This document shows, one piece after another, positions 46,401 through 52,764 of a stretch of DNA of 64,000 nt. This DNA is from an uncultured Clostridia bacterium (lineage in GTDB: Bacteria > Bacillota > Clostridia > Christensenellales > UBA1242). The translations under genes and the position numbers were made by a program. A model generated the notes under the pieces. The model did not search any database and had not been told where the DNA came from. It was given only the letters and a program-made list of their open reading frames with translations. Position 1 is the first letter of the stretch. Each line of letters begins with the position of its first letter. The DNA lies in NCBI GenBank assembly GCA_934754445.1, contig CAKVHZ010000002.1, forward strand, positions 3,585-67,584, written 5' to 3'.

Positions 46401-46719
46401 CAACAAGGCATTAAAAGAAGAAATTAAAGTAGAACATGCAAAAGTTGAACAAAAAATTAAAGAAACCTTTAGTGATGTTACTACTAGCGAAGCTATGAGT
46501 GCTGAAAGAAGATTAAAACTTGAAGCAAAACAAAAAGTTAAACAAGCAAGAAAAGCCCGATATTTAGAGAAACGAAACGAATTAATTACTAAATATTTAG
46601 AAGTTGAAAAAGAAATTGAAATTATTTTAGAAGAAGAAAGATTACTTGTTGAAGAATGGAAAGCATATAAAAAACAACAAAAAGCAGACAAAAAAGCAAG
46701 TAAAACTAAGAAAAAATAA
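43483..46719 (+). CDS. Large type-I membrane-anchored surface protein with four CBM-like modules and a coiled-coil cytoplasmic tail
   Basis: 1078 aa. N-terminal signal/anchor. Four ~180-aa modules ending VFFDNLSAY, VYFDNIVLEE, AFIDNLKLDT, and AFFDNLSITQ. TM segment LVVPTLITALALLIAMVCALL. ~165-aa K/E/R-rich tail. Confidence 0.75.
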   Translation: MTKNKFTIKKLTLILLVVALLCMQHLVTLLGVLDFSKKEIFADSTTISQISISNSNFTNSSGDKLGEPSSFTTLGTKASTVSGVIDTDVSTFQDNKSTYKLNFNPSAPKSSSDSKVLMINNQNLQSSYGYQSSSFTLSKNGYYYVSAYVYTQYTDISASASIYLSNDNLDVLDTSKIENISTKGVWKEYRFYVKTNSTDQSVSLKLYIGSKDTFKSSGAVFFDNLSAYSLSEADYYTHINNKGIDSKEIVLTNKNVNLSNGILDGDFDNNSLTDFTKVAGSTVASQNIAKVVGIGDYFESSESNTDVNPTSANRLNNKYALLINNSTPTYTAFKSNDILIEQHKLYKLSIDVKTSNFASSGAKLILEQKTTDDETKASANFDSINTSSQTNSIKNDWITYSFYINGSAFDTEYANLTLALEENAKGYVYFDNIVLEEITTTEFDNNSSSTNSKSLNFSNLSENPSISNGAFNSVLIEDTEKGYPYKAKDYTVTNSNDKNFSGIINVNANNFDAQNYPFNNPVSIYNSNANLSHNNVFVLANIERDYQIVKSPEFSLSSSNLDTQNYYKVNFALNTQNLVDYGVNVSLKTTDGETIANLRNLNTSNKWEIISIYVKTNNSNKTCVLEISLGSSINTAKGFAFIDNLKLDTSSKDAFDEATNSNFVYKTDLDKVDLSLVSEDNTNNIYTSNNFTGTKNSKTGNVEAGVINANTHPTLNVGYVNNPYILTIHNITDSYYSLKSNAYSLTSGNSYKITVSVKTLFAKQDENNLQKDEKDKDIPFGAKIELSGINAKVSGIVTGNDYETYTFYVNATTDSTIYFNLSLGDEKALTSGYAFFDNLSITQISSDDFATAKENKVETDNKTIIIGNTETKNDDKTSDTEKSSVNFDWLVVPTLITALALLIAMVCALLRKLNIKLPTHVNTVKDYDRAKTLVKDMERRERIKQREERLKALREKLQEIQDNLDLTKQEYKNNKALKEEIKVEHAKVEQKIKETFSDVTTSEAMSAERRLKLEAKQKVKQARKARYLEKRNELITKYLEVEKEIEIILEEERLLVEEWKAYKKQQKADKKASKTKKK

Positions 46720-46727
46720 TTAATTAA

Positions 46728-46756
46728 AGAGGAGCAAGCATTGCTCCCCTTTTTAT
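46728..46756. terminator. Bidirectional terminator
   Basis: GGAGCAA-gca-TTGCTCC hairpin followed by a T-run. Confidence 0.7.
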
Positions 46757-46965
46757 TTTATTGTTTCAAATAAGTCTTCTAAATTATATATGGTTTCATC
46801 ACAAATTTTTTGAATTATTTTTAAATCCAAATGATGAGAACCATATAAAAAATCATAGAGTTCATCTTCACTTATTGATAAAGCATGGCAAAACAATTTT
46901 TTATTTAAAACACCCCTTTCTATATCTATCAATATCATTTCATATTTTAACCTATATAAACTCAT
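46753..46965 (-). CDS. Small putative Cro/XRE-like DNA-binding protein
   Basis: 70 aa. LFCHALSISEDELYDFLYGSHHLDLKIIQKICDETIYNLEDLF has HTH_3-like spacing. Divergent from the XRE gene. Confidence 0.35.
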   Translation of the reverse strand: MSLYRLKYEMILIDIERGVLNKKLFCHALSISEDELYDFLYGSHHLDLKIIQKICDETIYNLEDLFETIK

Positions 46966-47038
46966 AACTTAATTAGCATATAATACTCTAAGTATTATGT
47001 CAAGTATTTTTTTATATTTCTTTGTAAAATATATTTAT

Positions 47039-47254
47039 ATGAGCATATTTAGTGAAAGATTAAATAAAACAATGGAATATAAAAACATTTCGCAAAACAA
47101 ACTAGCACAAACAATTCATGTTTCACAGTCTTTAATAAACAAATTTTGCTTAGGAACTCGTGAACCAAGTATGCAAACATTAGTTAGTATTTGCAAAGCC
47201 TTAAATGAAAGTTCCGACTATCTTTTAGGATTAGATAATAATGAAAATTTATAA
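47039..47254 (+). CDS. XRE-family HTH transcriptional regulator
   Basis: From ATG 47039: MSIFSERLNKTMEYKNISQNKLAQTIHVSQSLINKFCLGTREPSMQTLVSICKALNESSDYLLGL. Confidence 0.8.
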   Translation: MSIFSERLNKTMEYKNISQNKLAQTIHVSQSLINKFCLGTREPSMQTLVSICKALNESSDYLLGLDNNENL

Positions 47255-47282
47255 AAAAGTGATTTTTAAATCACTTTTTTAA
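47255..47282 (+). terminator. XRE gene terminator
   Basis: AGTGATT...AATCACT hairpin followed by T6. Confidence 0.6.
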
Positions 47283-47397
47283 TATAATCTAACTTAAAAT
47301 TAATTTAAATATGACCTATTTAAAGAGCGTTTTAGGGGTCTGGGGGAATCGCAACCCCCAGTGCTTTTTGTTACTTTTTGGCGAGTCAAAAAGTAAA

Positions 47398-47709
47398 TTA
47401 AATCACTAATTTTTGACCAATAAACAAGTTTGTTGTTTTTAATTTGTTTTTTTCTATTATGCTTTCTTTTGTTACATTTAGTTTATTCGCTATCGTAGTT
47501 AAATTTTCTAAAGGTTTAACAACATAAATTAACGCATTTTGGCATGAAATATAAAGTAAATCTCCTTTTAATAAAGTTTTACTCGTTAAACTATTATCTT
47601 CCATTAATTTACTTTCTAAAATTTTAAATTTATTCGAAATATCAAGCAAAGTTTCCCCTTCTTTCACCCTATAAATAAAATTCTTGTTTCTTATTATTTT
47701 AATTTCCAT
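47398..47709 (-). CDS. Double LysM-domain protein
   Basis: YRVKEGETLLDISNKF... and YVVKPLENLTTIANKLNV...LFIGQKLVI. 103 aa, no signal peptide. Confidence 0.75.
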   Translation of the reverse strand: MEIKIIRNKNFIYRVKEGETLLDISNKFKILESKLMEDNSLTSKTLLKGDLLYISCQNALIYVVKPLENLTTIANKLNVTKESIIEKNKLKTTNLFIGQKLVI

Positions 47710-47760
47710 AAAAACTCCTTAAATTATTATATTTTGAAAATTCAAATAATATAATTAAAT

Positions 47761-49305
47761 ATGTTTAAAAATTTATATAAAGCAGTTTTTATTATCACTC
47801 TATTTTCTATTTTAACTAGAATCTTAGGATTTTTTATTAGAATATTTATGAGCCGAGAATTAGGTGCAGAAATTATCGGTGTTTATCAAATTAGCATTAG
47901 TGTTGCTAGTGTATTTTTAACAATAGTTAATAGTGGAATACCACTTACAATTTCAAGACTAAGTGCTAAATATATGGCTAAGAACGAAATTGATAAAAGC
48001 AATAAGGTTGTTACAAGTGGGACAATAATTTCGTTTGGACTTGCTTTTTTAATATGTATTTTAACCATTATTTTTAAACCTTTAATAACCGAACTTTCTA
48101 ATTCTAGTTTAGTTACCGCTGTTTTAATTGCTTTACTTCCAGTAATTATAGGTTCTAGTTTAAATGTTGGCTTTAAGGGCTATTTATGGGGCTACCAAAA
48201 GCATTTTGAGAACTGCATGGTAGATTTTATTGAACAAATTATAAAACTCGCCTTAATTATAATTACAGTGTCATTTTCTAAAACTGTTACACAAGGAATT
48301 ATAAATTGTGCAATTAGTAGTAGTGTTGCTTGCTTAATATCTACTTTTATCAGCATGCTCTATTACTTTAAAAACAAAGGTAAATTTTCTAACCCCAAAG
48401 GTTACTTTTTAGATTTAGTTAAACAATCTACTCCTATCACACTTTTAAGAGTTATTTCTAGTTTGGGTGGCATGGTTATTTCTGTAATCGTTCCATTAAG
48501 ATTAATGAGAGTAGGTTACACTCACGAGCAAGCAATGTCATTATTTGGTATTGCCCTTGGTATGACTCTTCCCTTACTTTATCTTCCTAACACTTTAGTT
48601 GGCTCTCTCGCCACCGCCTTAATACCAGATTTAGCAAAATTAAAAGCCGAAAACAACATGAAAGAATTTAATGAAAAAGTTAAATCTAGTTTAGTATTTT
48701 CTGTGTTTATATCTTTAGTTTTAGTCCCTTGTTTTATGGGTGTTGGGCGGCATATAGGTAGTTTTGTTTATAACAACGAATTAAGTGGTGTTATGCTTGA
48801 ATATTGTGCTTTAATGATGCTTCCTGAAGGAATTAATAATATAACAAATAGTGTTCTAAATTCTTTGGGACTTGAAAATAAAAGTTTTATAAATTACTTA
48901 TTTGGTATGACTTTATTAATTTTAAGTATAATTTTTCTACCTAAATATTTTGGAATTTACTCCCTAGCAATCGGCATGACTTTATCACTAATTGTTTCTG
49001 GTTACTTAAATTTAAGAATGATAAAAAAAGAAATTGGTGGTAAAAAATTAATTATTAATGAAATGAATAAAATGTTAATATTTTTAATTCCTTCAATTTT
49101 AATAAACAAATGGCTATATAATGTGGTTAATTTAGTCTTTAATACATTCTTCTCTATTGCTATAAGTTCTATTGTTGGTTTTGTATTTTTTGTAAGTTTG
49201 TGCTTAATTTTTAAAATATTCACTATTGATAGTTTATTAGTTAATTTTAAACGAATTAAGACTTTAAAAAGAAACAAAAAATCTAAAAGATTAAAAAAAG
49301 TATAA
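47761..49305 (+). CDS. SpoVB/MurJ-family (MOP superfamily) flippase-like membrane protein
   Basis: 514 aa, about 14 TM. N-terminus ILTRILGFFIRIFMSRELGAEIIGVYQISISV resembles SpoVB/MurJ. Confidence 0.7.
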   Translation: MFKNLYKAVFIITLFSILTRILGFFIRIFMSRELGAEIIGVYQISISVASVFLTIVNSGIPLTISRLSAKYMAKNEIDKSNKVVTSGTIISFGLAFLICILTIIFKPLITELSNSSLVTAVLIALLPVIIGSSLNVGFKGYLWGYQKHFENCMVDFIEQIIKLALIIITVSFSKTVTQGIINCAISSSVACLISTFISMLYYFKNKGKFSNPKGYFLDLVKQSTPITLLRVISSLGGMVISVIVPLRLMRVGYTHEQAMSLFGIALGMTLPLLYLPNTLVGSLATALIPDLAKLKAENNMKEFNEKVKSSLVFSVFISLVLVPCFMGVGRHIGSFVYNNELSGVMLEYCALMMLPEGINNITNSVLNSLGLENKSFINYLFGMTLLILSIIFLPKYFGIYSLAIGMTLSLIVSGYLNLRMIKKEIGGKKLIINEMNKMLIFLIPSILINKWLYNVVNLVFNTFFSIAISSIVGFVFFVSLCLIFKIFTIDSLLVNFKRIKTLKRNKKSKRLKKV

Positions 49306-49323
49306 TAGGTTAATAATTAAAGT

Positions 49324-50043
49324 ATGTTTACTTTAATTGCCCGTTGTGTTATTATTTATATTATAGTTTTATTCGTTTTTAGGTTAATGGGAAAACGACA
49401 ACTTGGAGAGTTACAACCTTTTGAGTTTGTTATAACTTTAATTGTCGCTGACCTTGCCACTATGCCTATGGCAGATACTGCAATTCCGTTAATTCATGGA
49501 GTTGTGCCTTTAATAACTCTTTTGTTATTACACTTTATTATTTCGGTGCTAATAAGAAAGAGTATTTTTTGGCGTAAAGTTATAAGTGGAAAACCAGTTA
49601 TAATCATCTCTCCACAAGGAATAGAATATGAAAATTTAAAAAAACTAAACCTAAATTTAAACGATATTCAAGAAAGTTTAAGAACACTAAATTATTATAA
49701 TTTTGATGATATTGAATATGCCATAGTAGAAACAAATGGCAAGATTACCGTAATACCAAAAGTAGCATCTACTCCCCCAACTTGCGAAGATTTACAAATA
49801 AATAAACCCGAAAATCACTTAATAATGATTTTAATTTCCGATGGAAAACTTGTAAAAGAAAATTTAGAAATAGCAAAAATTGATGAAAATTTTATTTTAA
49901 GACAAATTAAAAAAATAGGCGAAAGAAATATAAAAGATATTTTAATTTTTACTTTAGATAACGACGGAAATATGTATATTCAACCTAAAAATAAGCCCTA
50001 TGTAACATTAAAAACAACTTTTGAAGGTGGTAATAACTGGTGA
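49324..50043 (+). CDS. DUF421 (YetF-like) membrane protein
   Basis: RLMGKRQLGELQPFEFVITLIVADLA signature. 239 aa. Confidence 0.8.
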   Translation: MFTLIARCVIIYIIVLFVFRLMGKRQLGELQPFEFVITLIVADLATMPMADTAIPLIHGVVPLITLLLLHFIISVLIRKSIFWRKVISGKPVIIISPQGIEYENLKKLNLNLNDIQESLRTLNYYNFDDIEYAIVETNGKITVIPKVASTPPTCEDLQINKPENHLIMILISDGKLVKENLEIAKIDENFILRQIKKIGERNIKDILIFTLDNDGNMYIQPKNKPYVTLKTTFEGGNNW

Positions 50044-50429
50044 AAAGAGGATTTGTAATTATAAGTCTATTTGTTATTTTAATAGGCTTGTGTGTATTAG
50101 AAGATGTTTATTTAAAACAAAATTTAGTTAAACTTTATAATAGTAGTAATGATTTACTCACATTAGTTGAAAATAGTGAAAATGTAAACACTACCGAAAT
50201 AAAAACAAAAATAGAAGACTTAAATAAATTTTGGAATAAAACTGAAGGTTATTTTTGCCTAGTTGTAAATCATATTAGTATGGAAGAAGCAGGCGAACAA
50301 ATTTCTAAAATTGTGACTTTAAGCGAATTAAATAAAAAAGACGAATTAATTGTAGAGATAAATTTATTAATTTATTATGCTAAAAGTTATGAACATATCA
50401 TTGTTCCGCATATCCAAAACATTTTATAA
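50040..50429 (+). CDS. DUF4363-like protein
   Basis: 129 aa, one N-terminal TM. 4-nt overlap with the DUF421 gene; the DUF421/DUF4363 pairing is common in Firmicutes (from memory). Confidence 0.55.
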   Translation: MKRGFVIISLFVILIGLCVLEDVYLKQNLVKLYNSSNDLLTLVENSENVNTTEIKTKIEDLNKFWNKTEGYFCLVVNHISMEEAGEQISKIVTLSELNKKDELIVEINLLIYYAKSYEHIIVPHIQNIL

Positions 50430-50439
50430 AATAAAGGTA

Positions 50440-50468
50440 TTGACAAACTTAAAAATCTATTTTATAAT
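50440..50468 (+). promoter_or_regulatory. Consensus sigma-A promoter of the ankyrin gene
   Basis: TTGACA (50440-50445), 17 nt, TATAAT (50463-50468), then AAGGAGA SD. Confidence 0.6.
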
Positions 50469-50490
50469 ATTAAAAATTTAAGGAGAAATT

Positions 50491-50979
50491 ATGAAACAAA
50501 AAATTTTTAGTAAAATAGATTTATTAAATGCCGAAATAAAACACATTGAAGAAAAGATTAAAAAACAAAAAATTCTAGATATTAAACTTGAACAAGCATT
50601 AAAAAATAATGATTTAGAAAGTGTAAAATCTTTAATTTTAAATGATGGTGCAGATGTAAATGGATATGATGATAATAATGTTCCTTTCCTTTTTTACCCT
50701 ATTATAAGAGATAATATTGAGTTATTTAAATTTATGATTGAAAATGGTGCTAAAGTGGATATTATCGACAAACAAAAAAACACACCATTAATGATTGCTT
50801 GTAAATTATATACTAATATTGATTTTGTGAAAATTTTGCTTGAAAACTATGCTGACCCTTATAAGAAAAATTCTAGAGGCAAAACAGCACTTGACTTTTT
50901 AGATAAAACTAGAAACAAACAAAATAAAGCAAAATTAATAAAAGAAAAAATGTCTATTTATGAAAGTTTTGAACAATAA
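50491..50979 (+). CDS. Ankyrin-repeat protein
   Basis: About 3 repeats: ALKNNDLESVKSLILNDGADVNGYD, IRDNIELFKFMIENGAKVDIIDKQKNTPLMIA, and NIDFVKILLENYADPYKKNSRGKTALDF. Confidence 0.75.
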   Translation: MKQKIFSKIDLLNAEIKHIEEKIKKQKILDIKLEQALKNNDLESVKSLILNDGADVNGYDDNNVPFLFYPIIRDNIELFKFMIENGAKVDIIDKQKNTPLMIACKLYTNIDFVKILLENYADPYKKNSRGKTALDFLDKTRNKQNKAKLIKEKMSIYESFEQ

Positions 50980-51018
50980 AAAAGGTGCTAGTGTTATTTA
51001 ACATTAGCACCTTTTTTA
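50979..51018. terminator. Bidirectional terminator
   Basis: 13-bp stem AAGGTGCTAGTGT / ACATTAGCACCTT (one G-T pair) followed by a T-run. Confidence 0.75.
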
Positions 51019-51033
51019 TGCAAAATATTTATT

Positions 51034-51258
51034 CTATTTTTGTTCAGTCGCTTTATAATCATTAAATGCCGACATTAGACGATTATAAATATTATTTGCT
51101 TCTTCGCTATCATCACATAATATTATATCTGAATCATTTTTATATAAAACAATAACTGAATACTCATCATATACTTTACAATCTTCTAATTTTATTTCTT
51201 CAACATCTTTAATATTTGTTAAAACTGAATTAATTTTGCTTTCATTATCGTAGTTCAT
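51034..51258 (-). CDS. Hypothetical acidic protein
   Basis: 74-aa ORF upstream of cysS on the same strand. AAAGGAAGAACGAT upstream of the ATG. No family recognised. Confidence 0.45.
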   Translation of the reverse strand: MNYDNESKINSVLTNIKDVEEIKLEDCKVYDEYSVIVLYKNDSDIILCDDSEEANNIYNRLMSAFNDYKATEQK

Positions 51259-51288
51259 ATCGTTCTTCCTTTAATAAATTTTAATGTT

Positions 51289-52677
51289 TTAATTTTTTAT
51301 TATATTATAACCTTCTTTGCTATCTTTTATTGTGTAGCCAAGTTCGGTTATTTTATTTCTTAACTCATCTGCCTTTGAAAAATCTTTACTCTGTTTTGCT
51401 AACCATCTTTCTTGTGCTAGGTTTATTACTTCATCAGGTATTTTGCTATTGTTTTTATTATCAATTTCACAAATGAAATCATCAGCATTATGTTTAAATA
51501 AACCTAATAAACTATAAGTTTGTTTTATTGCATTAACATCTTCTATACAAGTTTCATCATCATTTTTTAATTTGTTATTTATTTGTTTAAAATAACCAAA
51601 TAGGTTAGAAATCGCTTTAGATGTGTTAAAATCATCATCCATGCATTCGTTAAATTCTTTATCTATGTTACTATTAACTTTATCGCTTTTATAGGTCTTT
51701 TCTACATTTTTAATGGTTACATAAAAATTATAAAGTTGTTTTTCTGCTTCATCAAATAGTCCATCTACAATATTTATGTCGTTTTTATAATTTGTTTGAA
51801 GTAAAGCAAATCTTATAACTTCGTTATCATATTTATTTAATAAATCTTTTAGTGTTATTCCATTTCCTAAAGATTTACTCATTTTTTGACCATTAATTTT
51901 TACTAGTCCATTATGAATCCAATATTTAGCAAATTGTTTACCAGTTAATGCTTCGGTTTGTGCAATTTCATTTTCATGATGTGGGAAAATCAAATCTCTA
52001 CCACCGCCATGAATATCTATTTGTTCACCTAAATTATAATAGTTCATAGCACTACATTCTATATGCCAACCGGGTCTACCTTTACCCCAAGGACTTTCCC
52101 AATAAATTTCTTCTGGTTTCGCACTTTTCCATAATGCAAAATCTAACGGGCTATGTTTATTTTCAAGTAATTCTACCCTAACACCATTTTTTGCATCTTC
52201 TAAGTTACGATTACTTAATTTGCCATAACCTTTAAACTTTTCAACATCATAATATACATCACCCTCTTTTGTTGTGTATGCATACCCTTTTTCTATTAAT
52301 TTAGAAATAAATTCAATAATTTGTGGTATTGTTTCGGTGGCTTTTAAAGTAAGTGTTGCTTTTTCTACGCCAAGTTTATCCATTTCTTCATCAATCTTAA
52401 TAATGTTTGCTTTAGCAAAATCTAGTGGATTAACGCCTAATTTTAAAGCGTTTGCAATAATCTTGTCATCAACATCAGTGTAATTTCTTGCATAAGTTAC
52501 TTTATAACCTTTTTTTTCTAAATACTTTCTTATTATGTCAAAAACCATCGCTTGAATTGCATGACCAATATGTGCTTCGCCACTAACCGTAATTCCGCAA
52601 GCATACATTTTAACTTCGCCATCTTTTAATGGTTTAAATTCTTCTTTAGTTCTTGTTAAACTATTATAAATTTTCAT
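51289..52677 (-). CDS. cysS: Cysteine--tRNA ligase
   Basis: HIGHA and KMSKS class I motifs. 462 aa. Confidence 0.96.
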   Translation of the reverse strand: MKIYNSLTRTKEEFKPLKDGEVKMYACGITVSGEAHIGHAIQAMVFDIIRKYLEKKGYKVTYARNYTDVDDKIIANALKLGVNPLDFAKANIIKIDEEMDKLGVEKATLTLKATETIPQIIEFISKLIEKGYAYTTKEGDVYYDVEKFKGYGKLSNRNLEDAKNGVRVELLENKHSPLDFALWKSAKPEEIYWESPWGKGRPGWHIECSAMNYYNLGEQIDIHGGGRDLIFPHHENEIAQTEALTGKQFAKYWIHNGLVKINGQKMSKSLGNGITLKDLLNKYDNEVIRFALLQTNYKNDINIVDGLFDEAEKQLYNFYVTIKNVEKTYKSDKVNSNIDKEFNECMDDDFNTSKAISNLFGYFKQINNKLKNDDETCIEDVNAIKQTYSLLGLFKHNADDFICEIDNKNNSKIPDEVINLAQERWLAKQSKDFSKADELRNKITELGYTIKDSKEGYNIIKN

Positions 52678-52696
52678 AAAACTCCTATAGATATAT

Positions 52697-52724
52697 ATTA
52701 TAAAAATATTAATAATTTTGTCAA
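52697..52724 (-). promoter_or_regulatory. Candidate sigma-A promoter of cysS
   Basis: TTGACA (52724-52719), 16 nt, TATAAT (52702-52697). About 19-nt leader with an AGGAG SD. Confidence 0.45.
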
Positions 52725-52764
52725 ATAGTTAAAATGTATTTACATATTAAAATTTTAATAAAAT

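Noticed and set aside
46362-46691. 109-aa minus-strand ORF antisense to the coiled-coil tail of the CBM protein. A similar case is 61593..61904, antisense to the adhesin N-terminus.
   Set aside because: Both are nested antisense frames of strongly supported long ORFs. They lack an SD and have low-complexity products.
38765-46719. Integrated mobile element or prophage at tRNA-Lys.
   Set aside because: No integrase, recombinase, transposase or phage structural genes were seen, and no repeat of the tRNA 3' end was noticed by eye. It is kept only as a low-interest boundary observation.
47311-47409. 32-codon ORF (MTYLKSVLGVWGNRNPQCFLLLFGESKSKLNH) across the GC-rich hairpins.
   Set aside because: There is no SD, the codons coincide with hairpin arms, and the end overlaps the LysM gene stop. 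It is more likely non-coding structure.
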